From assembly GCA_951406725.2 (NCBI GenBank), contig OX597821.1, positions 20,026,001 to 20,090,000 on the forward strand: 64,000 nt of DNA. The letters are read 5' to 3'. Both the position numbers and the translations under genes were made by a program. The notes beneath the pieces are model-generated. The model saw only the letters and a list, made by a program, of their open reading frames with translations. It did not search any database and was not told where the DNA came from. The stretch comes from Octopus vulgaris. Its lineage: Eukaryota. How positions within the stretch are numbered: position 1 is the first letter of the stretch; every line of letters begins with the position of its first letter. Positions 12,181-26,878 of the stretch are shown here, in pieces.

Positions 12181-12899
12181 ACCTGAAACGTATTTTTAAT
12201 ATTGATATTACATTGTGCGTATTTTTACAGTGAAACGTGTGTACCTCTGTTTTCTTGAGCTGTTTCCTCTGTTATCATTTGGCAAAGTGGAAGAGCTTCT
12301 GTATCACATTTGCTTGGCATTTTGATATTTATATATCCGCTTTTCGTGCCCCTCTTTGTAGAAATTGTGCAATATGCGGGATGTCATATCATTGAATCAT
12401 GTTTAAGTTTCCCATTAACTGTGTGATATGTTTTACAACATTCGGAAGAAATAATGGTCCCACTAAATTCTTCGTGAAGAAATAATGGTCTCAGTAAATT
12501 CTTCGTGTAATAGTTTCAGGTATTATGTACAAACAAATGTTATGTGACTTATCATAATTTACTGTGTGATACATATGTTCTGTAAGAGTCATGCAGAACA
12601 TATACTACCGCAGTTTGCAACTGAATTAACAAAGTTTTGGAACTACGCATAAACTTTACATAGATTAAATGTTTTTCTAATTATAATTAATCGCACACTA
12701 TTCCGTCCGTTTTCTGTCTCAAGGTACTACATAGCCTACAGCGTCGGTTCTTTAAAATAAATCCTAACAACATATCTGGTTAAATCACGTTTTTCCAATG
12801 CATAACACGTATAATATAAGAAACCTTTCAAGAAGGTTTCTTATGTTCAAGAAACAAAATGCATCTGAATTAATTGCTCATTCCATTTTCATACATGTT

Positions 12900-13480
12900 G
12901 ATTACATTGTTTCGTAGTACTTTAAAACCAGTCGGAAAAACAATAGAGTACATCTAGAGCTTTCTGTATCACAATTCACGGTGGCCTGTGAGTGTTTCTG
13001 GCTATAGTCAGGATGTAAATTAATATTATAGTGGAAGATTCAGTAGTTAAGCAAATGAAAACGAAAGAGCGGGCCTCAAAAGAGTGTATGATGTCAGCAA
13101 CAGAAGACAAAAAGAACAGACTAGAAGAAAATCTTTATATCACACATTTCCAGAGAGAAAGAGCAGAAATCAAGAGGATTTCTCTTTGCAGTGAGAATCG
13201 GGAGCGAGAAGTATTCCGGATTGCTCGTTTCAGTTGCAAAGACATACACGTATCATTTGAAAGACTTGTGTACGAAATATGAACGATAATTTTGCCTTTA
13301 CTTGCGTTAAAAGAAAAAAAATGTCATATTGCGGGAAATAGTTGGCTGAGGAATATGCTAACAGAAGAAGAGGCCTATTACAGTATGACCAAACAGGAGT
13401 ATTTGACATTGAACAGGTGAAATTATATACATGAAGTCACAGAAAGAAATTGGGCCATCAGGGATATTTCAGAGATGTAA
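12900..13480 (+). pseudogene. Possible very degenerate RTE-like LINE fragment (APE-RT linker)
   Basis: K/R/E-rich partial frame 13031-13282 resembling RTE linker region; no catalytic motif seen. Confidence 0.3.
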
Positions 13481-14846
13481 AAACACGTTATAAAATGCCA
13501 GGTTCTAGTTACTAGCCGAACTTTCAAGGCAGTACAGGGTTGGGTGATCCATACTGACTGAATACACTTTATTACTCAAAATTATATAATAGAATAAAAT
13601 ATGTTATTTTTACTACTTCCGTGGATCTGAGTGTTCACAAGTTATATATATCACTAAGCAGCACTCAGCAATGAAGATTGTTGCTGTTTTGGTGGTGGTG
13701 GTTATGGCTGATACTATAGTTGTTCATAATATTGCTGGACCTGATAACAAATTCATGCTACATACAGGAAAATTGGAGACTTCAAAAGTAAAAAATTAAA
13801 TTGAAAACAATTATAAACATTAAGTAAAAAATCTGAAAATATTTTTTTTCTAATTTATAATGTACGAAGTGAGATTCAATCAATAAATTAAAATTAACAG
13901 GACCCTACAATATATGCATAAAAATATTTTGAATATAGTTGACATGACGTAAGGAAATGAGGAGACAAAAATGAACGGAGAACTAAGATGGAAAATAGAA
14001 AAAAATTCCAGCTCAGTAAACGAAAAAGAAAGTAGGAACAACAAACAAAAAATAAACAATGTATTTTAAAATTTATGGAAAAAATAGGGGATAATTAATG
14101 AAGCATATTAATGTAATGAAAAAGAATGGAATAGAGCTGCATACAGTGAGAGGTCGAGTGTGCGAGTGTCTATTGGCAGATTTTTACCATGGAATTCCCT
14201 TTATAATAGATGAGCTTTTGATATGGGTTCATTGTTATACGATTTTGTTTCAATATCTGCGTATGTTCTTTCCCTCTCTTTTCCATATGAAAGAATTTCC
14301 CCTCCTTTGCCACTCGCGCCGCATTCATCCACGCAAGCAGATAAAGATATACACATATACACAACAACCCGTATACACTTACAAATGCTTTAAACAGTTT
14401 CAATCATTTATTTGCAGCCTTACTAGGGCACCGGGTTCAATGTTTTTAGACAATCAATGCAATCCAGGAATTTACTGCAGTACCGCACTAATATTATTTT
14501 ATTTGCTATTCAAGTTACCAATTTCACAACATACCACCATTATTTCAATGGATAGTGCCATGTCAAATATATTAAGATTCATATACTCACAGGCATTCTT
14601 ACATACATACATATATGCATACATACATACATACACACGCACAGACTCATATATATAAATGTATGTACACATGTGTGTTCATGTGTTTGTATGTAGGCAT
14701 GTGCGTTTATTTATGAATATGTATATCGTATTATACATATATATACACGCATATATCTATACATATGCAAATATATACATACATATATATGGATATGTGT
14801 GTATATATGAGTTAATATATGTATATATATATATAGAGAGAGAGAT

Positions 14847-14881
<35 letters not shown>

Positions 14882-15912
14882 TAGATAGACAGAAGACGGA
14901 CAGACAGATAGATAGATATAGATATATACAAGTCATTATATGTATATGTACCACGTTATGTACAACATTATTAATATACTTTTCATGCATGTCATGTAAC
15001 CAGGTATCTTAGTGTTCGCCATATTCCCTTAAAATGATATTTAAAATGCATATTCATCTTGCATATACTGCAAAATTGTCTCTAACTGGTAAATAGAGCA
15101 AAGTACACTTGAAATAAAAATTTAAAAAAAACAGAAAGCAATATCATATTTCAATTTGTTTTATGTCTGCACCTGTTTCAATGATTTTTATGTCACTCGG
15201 CTTATAAACTGGCGAGCAAGGATTTAGAAATATAAGCATAAAGCAATTTCGCGCTGATATAAGGTTAAATTATTTTTTAAAATCTGTGATAAATAAAGGT
15301 TTAAAGGTTTAGACCAGACATTTTCTTGGATACTATATAAAAAATGGCATAATAACATGTCTATATAATAATCTCCTTGTTCGTTCGCTCATCATAGTTT
15401 AGTTAGTTAGAGAGGTGGAGGTGGAGTGAGTAAGAGGTTATGTAAATTGAGAGAGAGAGGGAAGGAGGCGAGGAATGTGATTAGGGAAAAAAGAAAACAG
15501 AAGTATCATAATATACTAAGGTCAAGTGCATCAAGTGGTTAGCTGAAGGGACAGGAGAAGAGCGGGAGAACAGAGTGTGAGAGAAAAGAGGGAGAGAGAA
15601 AGAGGGCGAAGGAAGTGGTAATGACGTGCGATAGCGTTAGCAGCGAAAGGTAAAGAGAAAGAAGTATGTTCAGGATACAATATTTAGCAGAGGGTGATGT
15701 TCTGGTGGCAAGTTTGTAGAGTCAGAGAGAGAGAGATATGGCAGATAGACGAGAGGCAGTTACATTAAGAGAGAAAAAGAGGGAAAGAAACAGAGAGAGG
15801 GCGATAGGGAGGGTTGCGAGAGAGGGGAGAGAGAGGGTGAGAGAGAATAGATAGCGTATGTATTGTCAGAGTAGAGACACATCGACAACAAGAAAAAGTA
15901 GATATGAAGAAG

Positions 15913-15972
15913 CTGAAATGAGCTTTGTTACTGAAATGAGCTTTGTTACTGAAATGAGCTTTGTTACTGAAA
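15913..15972. repeat. 18-bp tandem repeat x3.3 (CTGAAATGAGCTTTGTTA)
   Basis: Three perfect units seen directly. Confidence 0.95.
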
Positions 15973-18860
15973 ACTGTTGTGATGATGATGATGGTGATGT
16001 GGATCTCTGTTGATATGAAAAATATTTTTTTATTGGACTAAATATATTATATTATTCTATCTGTTCGTAAAAGTATGATGTTTTATTTTATTAGAGTGGA
16101 GGAGAAGATGGAGTGATAGAGAAGAGAGAACGTGAGTGCGAATTAGAGAGTAGATAGGCAGATATGCATTATGTCGTTTATTCATGTGGTTAGTGGAAGT
16201 CAGAGCTGGAGAAAAAGAGAGAAATATTGAAGACATGAAGAGCGTAATTCCATGGTTAAAAAGTTTGTTGAAGTGCTTAGAAGACAGAAATGTTGAAAAC
16301 ATATATTATTGTAACTGGAATTGAGACGTTGGGTAAAGAGAGAGAAGGAGGGGAGGAGGAATGTGAGTAGAGAAGAAAGAAGAGAGGTGTATCATAATAC
16401 ACTAAGGCCAAATGCATCAGGTGGTTACTTGAAGGGAGAGGCGATGAGCGAGAGAAAAAGACGAAGGGAGAAAAGAGGCAGAGAGAAAAAGCGTGAGAGA
16501 AATGTTATATAACTGCCTCACGTCTTAGCAAAATCAAAAAAGAAAAACCCAAATCATCCTTTCTTTCTTAAATAGTTTCTCTCAATCTTTTTCGCTCTGT
16601 GAAATTTCCACGGGTTCCAGTACTTATTTTATTATTACAGAAAACACAAGAATATCGCTCTACTAGCTTTAACTCTGTCATAAAAATGAGAGTTCTCTCG
16701 TATTAAAGCACAATTTGAAAGAAACATAACTTTCTTGTGCATAGCAGTTTACGAGTGCACTAACTGGGATATCTAAAATTATAGACGCATACCCAGACAT
16801 AAATGCATATATGTGAAGCGTGGCAGCTAGAATTATGTTTGCATGGGATGATACTATATGTTCCAGTTTAAAATAAGTCATGGGTTCACCTTCCAGCATG
16901 GCCTAATCGAGGAACTTAAACAACGAAAACATTAAATAAAAGAAATAGAAAAAAATAAAAATAAAATAAAATAAGAATTATAAAATATTTGTTCAATAAT
17001 TCATTTCATCGCCTGAGTAATTTGGGTAACTTTTTTAACTTCCGATTATCAGCAACTGTACAGGATTGTCTCTAATCTTGTCATTTATCTTGGATAAGGG
17101 CTAACGTTAAACATATGTCATGTTATTATCCCGAATTACATTAGATATATTATATTCCCTCTGCAGCGAAGACTTATTAGATATCTTTGAGATGATATGT
17201 CTATTGATATATTACACAAAAATGTCATTTAGTTATATTACATCACAAATTTGCATGCATATGAGTTACTTTTGATATAGTAAAGTACAATAAGTTGTGA
17301 AATCTACCAGATCATTGTATATATTTACATTGTATATATCTTTATATCAATCCACCTTCGTAAATCTTTACTTTGCATATTGACATTGAAGTTAACCGTA
17401 TATCCATCACGATTGTACTTCTAACTAATAGAACTTTAACTCAACATAGTATGTAGTTTGTTTTGGCGTAATTTGTTTATATTCTAAATACATTTAAGAT
17501 ATCAATGCAGCCTCAAGTGAATTGTCTCTTAATTATCAGTCCACATTTTCATTGATAAAATGATTTTCTTAACTGGCATTTCATGTTAAATTTTGGAGAG
17601 ATAAAAATGAAAGAGAAAGTTACTCAAAGGATTCTCTCAAAGAAGTTTTCCAATCACATATCATTTAGACTCACCAGTTCACTAAAAGAATCACTTATCT
17701 GGTATAACAGAATAATTCTTATTTGGTGCAAGCGAATATGTTCTGTACCTCCACTGATAAATGGATGCGCTAAGCTCTTAGCTATTCAGTCAAGGACACA
17801 ATGAAATGAAGTTGCTAGCAGCGTTTTGAATACGAACGTCTGACCCGTTAATTGTGTTTAACATTCTGTTGTTTTATATATTCGTATATACTACACTTTC
17901 CACAATTCGTGTCATTGGCCGTCTTTTAAAATAGCTAAATATTATGAAGATGTTTCTGTTGAACATTGCAAACTTTAGACAATTTTAACTATTGCCTTGT
18001 ATCGTAAATATACAGAAAAGTCTCTTTAAAGAAGGAAACTGATTAAATATCCCACCATAGCAATAATGCAATTTATGGTTATTGTTCAGTAAAACTAACA
18101 GCTAAGCTAACAGAATATATTACTAAACTAAAATGCTATCAAATGAAACAGAAATTATGTATCAGGGGATATGAGTTGATTTCAAGTTTTATGCCTATTT
18201 CGAACATATAAAGAAACTGAGATTTTCAGATAAGAAATTAAGAGGAGAAAGTAGAAAAAATATCAGATGAGAAGAAAATATTTATTTGTATTTGACATTA
18301 TTTATGTTCTTGGTAATACTAATAAAAATAATATACGTATATTATATTTGCGAGACTCGAATTGAAATAAATTATTTTGTAATGCATACAGAGTAGCGGT
18401 AGAGTTACAGGGGCCGTCGAGTTGATATTCGCTGAATTCCCATTGGAGGACTTTATTTATTACATCACATATTGCATCAAATCAACTGTGCTGCATTGAT
18501 TCCATAAAACATGTTACATAACTCACACTTACTCAACCTATGTAGTTCTGTAGAGATATGTTAGGTAGAGTCCACATTAGGTTGAATGCATTAAATCTAG
18601 TTAGTAACTTTCAGATCGTTGCATTTAGCTACCATAGTGCAGTAAAATACACCTAACTGCGATTATATGATATGGGTAATTAAGGATCAGAAGAATACAA
18701 AATCTGTTCGAGAACAAATCAGCGTATTCCTTTTACGAAAGTAGCTAGGTAGAGTCAACTATAATGATGGTTCAACATGAAAATAAATAGTGTAAGTGAA
18801 AAGCTTTGACAAATCACACACACACGACCATACATATACATACTTATAGATAAAGTCAAT

Positions 18861-19053
18861 ATCATCGGTAGCCACTACACACATTTTCTCTCTCTCCTTG
18901 TTTCTCTCCTTGTTTTTTTTCTGTGTCCCTTTCTGTAGAAGAGCGTAGGCTTGAAACGTAAAATACTTTCTCAATTCCTGAGCGTTATACTAATACAGTT
19001 TGTTTTGTACACCACCTGTCTTCGTCATTTGTTTTTTTCGTGAACTTTCCCTA
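18861..19053 (+). mobile_element. ~190-bp HHR-variant element (family H3) abutting (TA)n
   Basis: CTTT-CTGTAGAA-GAGC(GTAG)GCTT-GAAA-CG-TA-AAA at 18929-18963; homologous to 29614, 35820 and 54098 copies. Confidence 0.7.
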
Positions 19054-19061
19054 TAAATATA

Positions 19062-19140
<79 letters not shown>

Positions 19141-19619
19141 ATGTATAGTATATTATATATAAGTATCTATATCTGTATGTGTATGTTGATGTGTGTCTGC
19201 ATGTAACAGTCTTCAAGAATTTACATGTGTATATGAGTGAAGAATACTTCAATTTGCGACTTGTCCTGCCAATAGCTTCTCTCCACTTCGCCTTTTCCCC
19301 TTTGTTACGAATTTAATCGACCCAAACATTTCAATACTGGTATTTTTTGCGTGTAATCCTACTCCACAATAAAGTATGATGGACTGGTGTCTTCCGGACC
19401 TCTTGAATGCATAAATGCTTGGAAAATATTTTGTTGCGTTCATTGGTATAATATGAAAGTCTGTGATAATGGAATAACAGTGTTTTGGTAGTTTGCTCGC
19501 TCCTGAGGCTACGTGGCAGGCTTAGCTCAGAGAGAAGAGCTAATATTCATCTTGCATTTATTTAATTAAGGTCGTTGAAGATGTAAGCAACGATAACAAA
19601 ACACATGGGAAATATACAA

Positions 19620-19933
19620 CTGTTATCTCACCAGCACCAGCAGCACCATTACCACCACAACAAACATCCCACCGCCACTGCCACCTCCTATCACCACAAA
19701 TACTAAAGTGACCGAAACTAATCCGACCACAATTGCAACAAAACACAAAACCCCGATTCTACTACATCTGCTATCACCAACACTGACAACTACCACTTCT
19801 ACAAAAATAAATATGTACAACAATCTCCAGTACCAATACCACCACCACAGTGTCTATAAAATGTTCAACGGCTCCGCCACTCTTTCAACAGCAACCATTG
19901 ACACTACTACAGCAAAAAACAACCACTGATACC

Positions 19934-19965
<32 letters not shown>

Positions 19966-20722
19966 CAACAACAATAACAACGACAACACCGCCGCCACCA
20001 CCACCACCACCACCACCACCAGCACAACCCCCCCCCCAAGAAATACAACGGCAATAACAATACCAATATCATTTAAAGACCATTGCAGTTACAACTACTC
20101 ATTCCACCACTGCCGAGACTACAAGTAGCGACAGCACTACTACTTCTACAACATCCATCAACAACACCACAACAACAACTACAATTACAACAGCTACAAA
20201 CGGTAGTACTACCACTATGACTATTACTAATAAGCAACTATAGCAGGCAGCACCACCGTCACTACGGTCACAAACACTACCATTAGTAACGACTGCAACT
20301 AAAATTACCGTTGGCTGCAACACTTTCGCCGCCGCCGCCAGCACCACCTCCACCATCACCCCCCACCACCAACACCATCATTACCATAACCACCACCACC
20401 ATCCCCATCACAACTATGTGTATGCTATAACTGCAACTACAGCAACGAGCACTACCACCTCCACTGCTACCCCTACCACTGATATTATTATGGCGACCTA
20501 AACAATCACCAAAATAGTGCTACCAACACCACCATCACCACCTCCACTATGTTTATGCTATAACTGCAACTACAGCATCGAACACTACCACCTCCGCCGC
20601 TACCACTACCACTGATATTATTATGGAGACCTAAACAATCACCATAACAGTGCTACCACCACTATCAACACCACCACGACCACCACGACGACCACCACAA
20701 CGACGACCACCACCACCACTAT

Positions 20723-20766
<44 letters not shown>

Positions 20767-21010
20767 ACACCAGGACTCTAACACTCGAAGACACAACTAC
20801 AACAAAAACGATGACGAAGCCACTACAAAGTTTACAAGAATACAACGATCAGTGTCACCATTACTACTACCAAAATCACGTCTGCAGCATCGACCACTTC
20901 CAGCACCACAACCAGCACTATCAGCAACAGCAGCACACCAGCACCACCATGGATATTGCTACAACCACCACCAGTAAAACTATACAACCAACAGCGCCAT
21001 TACCGACCCC
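19620..21010. repeat. ACC/AAC/ACT-rich low-complexity tract with ~133-bp internal tandem duplication (20414-20525/20547-20657)
   Basis: Seen directly; no long open frame in the ORF track. Confidence 0.85.
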
Positions 21011-21436
21011 AGCACAATGCGATTTATCAGAGATTTATAAAAGAACATCAAAAACATATGCTTACATCCAAATTTGATGTAAATTATATATCAGATGGCA
21101 TTATTGCACACCATCCATCATTCCGGAATATTCTTAGGGGAAGAAAACAAAGCAAAGATACAAAATACAAAAAGGATAACTGAAGATATATGAAGAAATG
21201 TAATTAGTGGTGAGAAACGAAGATAACGAGATAGCAGATATCAGATATAAAGGTTCTGTGAATTCTGTACAACACATATATAACCTTAGTGTCCTTACGT
21301 TTCCACCCTAAACATGATGGATGTATCTGGAAAGATAAGAAAAGCAATAAAAGCGGCTCCTTATTATTTGTGAAATTCCATCACGATTGTTTACAAATAA
21401 TTTTTGTTTTCTATACTTTTGTTTTATTTACAAAAG

Positions 21437-21521
21437 ATGAAGGATCATTGCAGTATAATTTACCTTTATTTTCTGTTATTATTTTCTACTTTATTATTCT
21501 ATGATTACCGACAGAGCAAAG
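21437..21521 (+). CDS. Candidate first coding exon encoding a signal-peptide-like sequence
   Basis: ATG...MKDHCSIIYLYFLLLFSTLLFYDYRQSK followed by strong donor AAG|GTAAGC (phase 1); T-rich tract upstream; no downstream exon identified. Confidence 0.3.
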
Positions 21522-23629
21522 GTAAGCTTACTCGCTTGACATTCTCTATCGGCAAACTGGATATGGCTAGTTTCAGCAAAGTTTCTCAGCAAAATGTCTT
21601 TGATATGAACGATGTTGTACAAAATATTTGTTATTTTTCTATGAATTTCAAAGAAAATTTGTAACCAAGGGAAGATAGATAATGTGTTAATGCTACGTAG
21701 AATTATCGATCTTAGAGTTAAAGTTGCATATGCCATCACTTGCCTACTGTTGTATCTGTGTTAACTACCTAATATAATCCACCATTTGTCTCTGCAAAAA
21801 GTAGTTATATAGACATGAAAATGCGATACATATCGACCAGTTGTATGGAAGTACCATAGTTAGGTACAGTTCACCAGAGCATATTAAAAATATAGTGGGG
21901 GCTATTGAGCCAATTCAAAATACAGTGAGCTGGAATTCTTTTTGCTGGAAATAAATTCATTAATTATATTCAGTTAACAGAACTAGAAATATATAATGGG
22001 ATTTTAAGAAATACATAGATTTCACAAAATACTTCAGGTTATATTAATATAATTGGGTGCAATAAAGAAGAACAGTGACTGTAAATATAAAGGTAGCTCC
22101 CTATTTGATCCATGCTTAAGTAAGGTGTATCTGAACCATAGTTTATTGCTAGTAAATAAGTGCTGTGTGAACATACAATCCAAATACGCGGATTTTATAG
22201 TACGTGTTCGTCATATGGGATCATATTTAATAGTTTTAGTCAGAAAAAAGTATTATATAAGCCCGCTCGGATATCCTTTGGAAGTAGTCGAAGGGAAAAA
22301 GATGATATTCACAGCGCAACGCTGCATATGTACGTCTATGCTTAATTGCATGTTACTAATTAATTCTAAACGGTTAGAGTTCTGGAGAGAAATTACTGTG
22401 TTTTATATTTTGTGGGTGGAAGTAAGAGATATATAACGATTAAGAAAAGATGCTTGGATGTGTTTTAGGGTTGGCTTTGAATTATACTGTGAACATCAGA
22501 GGCAACTGTAGTTACAATAGACAAATGCAGGGTGATGTTCTAGCTTCTGAGCGCTAGCGCAATTTTTCCATTTACTGTTTTTAGTCAGAAGATAAGAGAA
22601 ACACCGGAGGCCATTAATTTTTTTGTAAGGTCTCCGAAACTGGAAGGAGTTTAGGAATGTACAGCAGAGATGTAGCCTGAATGCTAGCAACAGCGAGAAA
22701 CGCGTTAAAGGCGCCCAAGGACAAATGGTGGTGGAGATTATCTGACCCATTGATTAAGCCCATCACTCAAGGATTCAAAGGTTACATAGCCTAAACAAAT
22801 GCCTCAAACAATTTCGTCTGGAAGCTCTACTACCTCACTATCCTGGCCTGACCTAGCTTAGTGCTTTAATTTTATTAATACCGGAAAGTGGGTAAAATGA
22901 TAAAGTTGATCTCGACCAGATTTGAACTCAGGACGCTGCGAGCTAGTATAAATACCACAAGATATGTCATCTCGGCGCTCTATTATTTTGCCATCCTTGT
23001 TGGTCTTGTGCTTTATTTTATCACTACTGAAATGAGGGAAACAAGCAATGAGACTTGAACTCAGTTCTCAAGGCGTCATAATGAATATTACAAAAACATC
23101 GTATTTTATTATTTAGCGGCTCTGCTTCCAATTTGGCATTCGTTAAATATTGGTACGTGGAACCTTCCTAATTAGTGGGTTGTTTTCTTTTACATGCGCT
23201 CTAAGATGTTTCTCTGCGCACCAAAGGGAATTTTCAAGATCTGGGAGCTGTTTTCTATTTTGTGTCTAAGTTGATCTCTGCAGAGAGTCAATTGTTCACA
23301 ATGAAATATTTCTGGCTTGAAAGAGGATGTCTATTCGTTGGGTCGTGATTTTTTGCAATATCGTGGATATGAAAGACTGAAAGATAGCCTCAGTGTTTAT
23401 GAGATTTAGTATTTGTAGCGACATAGGTTCTTTGCTCTGTGTAGAGATTATATATTTATGATGTTGGGGGAATCAATATTTGCTAAGCTAAATGTACTAG
23501 ACATCTACGCGTGGAAGGTTAGAATACAGTGACGAGTGCAACCAAACGTGTGCATTATTGCTTATGACTGAAAGTGGGATACTTATGTATAGGAGGAAAA
23601 TATTGACCTGTATCTGAGTTGAAGGAGAG

Positions 23630-24171
23630 TGGATCAAAGTCCCAGCAACGTCCGTAAATAACAATATGAAGTAACAGAGAACTGGTATGAGCATGTACCA
23701 AGTAAAAGCATGCAGGAGGATGGAAAAGTAACGATACTCTGGGACTATGATTTTCAGACGCATCGTATAATCTGTCGGTCGGATATTGTCATATTGAATA
23801 AGAGAGAAAAAAAATTGTCAGCTCATTGATGTAGCCATACAAAATGACATGAATTTTGCAAGTAAAGTGGTTGCAAAAAGCACCAAGTACTCAGAATTGA
23901 AGGTAGAAATGGCATGACTGTATGGAATGTGAGAGGGTAATGTAAAAACCATACAGTGGTGATCGGAGCGTTGGGCTCAATCCCATTTAAACTTCAAAAC
24001 TTCTTAAGGCAACTGGAAAACCAAGAAAGATTGATGTCTTGCAGAAAGCAGCCTTATTGGGCACAGCGCACATCTTAACGAAAGTATTATCTGTCTAAGG
24101 TCCTTGTTGTGACTTGACAGACGACTAAAGTCTCCGGCGCATTTTTACCTACACTGTGTTACGAAGGAATG

Positions 24172-24235
<64 letters not shown>

Positions 24236-24267
24236 TAATAATAATAACAATAATAATAATAATAATA
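23630..24267 (+). mobile_element. 3' fragment of R4/Dong-like LINE with (TAA)n tail
   Basis: ENWYEHVPSK..KVTILWDYDFQT..DIVILNK..LIDVAI..KYSELK..VVIGALGSIP..LQKAALLGTAHILTKVLSV*, short 3'UTR, then (TAA)n 24172-24267. Confidence 0.8.
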
Positions 24268-24568
24268 AATGTGCTGATGCAGCACCAGGCTGTACCTCTC
24301 ATGGCTTCTGTTCTTAACTGATATGGAAGTGTTATCATGTACATTGTTGTGTCTTTGTATAAAAGAAGGGCTACAGCAAATATTCTGCTCAATACCACAG
24401 ATCTGTTTGCCAGTTGTTTGACCTTAACCAGTTTAGCATGTCCCTTAGTGACTGACGACTTTTACAACTCTGATCACGAGCAGAAGTAGTGGGGGAGACT
24501 CATAGCCATGTGTTGAGAAGGATTCTTTGGGGTTTGGATAATTAACCCTTGGAAACATGAGTGTTTCG
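24268..24568 (-). mobile_element. Truncated copy of the 5787-6201 repeat
   Basis: Direct similarity to 5790-6080; abuts the (ATT/TAA)n array. Confidence 0.7.
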
Positions 24569-24605
<37 letters not shown>

Positions 24606-24649
24606 AGAGAGAGAGAGAGACATACATACATACATATATACATACATAC

Positions 24650-24706
<57 letters not shown>

Positions 24707-25656
24707 TTTGTGCGTGTGTGTGTGTGCTTGTGTATGCGTGTGTGTATTCATTTGCGGCCGTATGCTCGCACTCACATGCGTATACGCCTGTATTTTATAC
24801 GTACCAAAGTACATGTCTGCGCTTGTGTGATTATATATCTGCGCGAATGTGTATGTAATCGTGACATAAGCCAAGGATTATAACAGAAATGAGGTGAAAT
24901 GTTTTAAAGCAGCCGCACGCGCACACGCATATTGCTAAGCACATACATCTGTACAATTATGTGTTTGCATATATTGACGAATGTATATGTTTATTGTACA
25001 TGAGCGTACGTATATTTGAATTAGCCCATATGCACTTCGTTAAAATTCAATTTCTCGTGGTTCCGAACTATATTGATTTATTACCGAAGCAAGATAATGA
25101 AGATAACTAAAGATCAGAAATTGAATTAGATTTTATATAGTCTAAATTTGGCACTTGACACCATCTCTCCTATTCTTCTGGACATTTGGTCACGGTTCAA
25201 TACCAGACAGTTCCACTTAGCTTGCTACAATAATGGTATACAATGCAGCTCTGACGTAGAAGTGAATACAGCAAGATAATACGGCTGCCATCTTGTTATT
25301 CTCGTATATGATGTTGCTTGCTTTTATGAAACGCTCATGTACGTATAGAGACGAACACATATACACAGATCCTCTCCATCCCCGTACAATGTTTATAACG
25401 ATTTACATAGCTGGCTCCCGCTTTTTTAAAAAGAGATTTCAATACGACAAGGAAAGAAAGATGATAATATTATGGCAACATTACACTATACATAAAAAAG
25501 TATACTTTAAGGGCAGAAGAATAATCTTTAAATGCTTACATAAGAGTATAAGGGGCAACGCAACTTACAGACCTCTTGATATGAAAAATAATAATACTTA
25601 TCTATTTATCTATCTGTCAGTCTTTCTTTCTATTTCTCTCTCTCTCTCTCTCTCTG

Positions 25657-25689
<33 letters not shown>

Positions 25690-26464
25690 ACAGAGAGAAA
25701 TAGAGAGAGGAAGAGAGAGAGAGAGAGAGAGAAGTGGGGATTTGATTAAAGGGGATCCATTAACGATGGGAGTATATCAAAGTGAAGCAGGCCACAGTTA
25801 ATGGCTAGATAGAATGACACAACTCACACAATTACTTGATCGGTTATCATAGCAGTGAATGCATCGATGAAAGGAAGTTCACCGATATTTGGTAAACCAC
25901 AATTTCACTTGTATGCAAATATATCGAAAGCGTAAAATAACCTTAAAAGCGGCGTGAAAACTTTAAAGAATGGCATATGATCGGTTTACCTGATGCTGCG
26001 ACATTGATTTCATTAAGAGTTTTTACTTTGATGCAAAAATGTTACCATCAGGTAAGTATGCACCACTTTCATAGGATTATGTAATACGTTAGGCAACTTC
26101 CAACTCATCAGGATTACGAAATAAACAAGTGAACCGTGACATATTGACTAATTAACAGCTTGTTATCATGTGAAATTTTGAAAAATAATTACTAATATTT
26201 AATGAAAATAAAATGGGCGGGACTGAAATATCTCAGTCACGATTGTGGTAACAGAATGTGGTAGTAAATTACAGAATAGTTAAAGGTACTTTTTAGTCTA
26301 AATACGTTAATAATCTTAACGATCTGCCTCATAAAATCTGGTACTGGAAAATATGCTTGCTTACGGTCATGACATGTGATCTTATTAGATATGTAATAGA
26401 GACTGACACCATTGTTCTAAAAACACAAAACTTTTACTGTGTTGTTTAGACGTCAAGAGGTGGT

Positions 26465-26878
26465 ATCTTTTATCTTTTATCTTTTACTTGTTTCAGTCAT
26501 TTGACTGCGGCCATGCTGGAGCACCGCCTTTAGTCGAGCAAATCGACCCCGGGACTTATTCTTTGTAAGCCCAGTACTTATTCTATCGGTCTCTTTTGCC
26601 GAACCGCTAAGTGACGGGGACGTAAATACACCAGCATCGGTTGTCAAGCAATGCTAGGGGGACAAACACAGACACACAAACACACACACATATATATATA
26701 TATATACATATATACGACAGGCTTCTTTCAGTTTCCGTCTACCAAATCCACTCACAAGGCATTGGTCGGCCTGGGGCTATAGCAGAAGACATTTGCCCAA
26801 GATGCCACGCAGTGGGATTGAACCCGGAACCATGTGGTTAGTTAGCAAGCTACTTACCACACAGCCACTCCTGCGCCT
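26465..26878 (-). mobile_element. tRNA-derived SINE family A, full length
   Basis: Near-identical to 7539-7952; complete 5' end AGGCGCAGGAGTGGCTGTGTGG on minus. Confidence 0.88.

Noticed and set aside
14098-14658. 186-aa ORF
   Set aside because: No recognisable motif, ends in microsatellite, no clear splice signals.
15913-15972. Short direct repeats suggestive of CRISPR
   Set aside because: No spacers, eukaryotic context; simple tandem repeat.
19620-21010. Thr-rich tract resembling a mucin exon
   Set aside because: Frequent stops and frame changes; no long ORF; consistent with decayed trinucleotide repeats.
25960-26057. EWHMIGLPDA (Helitron Rep-like) and a CAG|GTAAGT donor
   Set aside because: Single weak motif, no supporting frame or acceptor.
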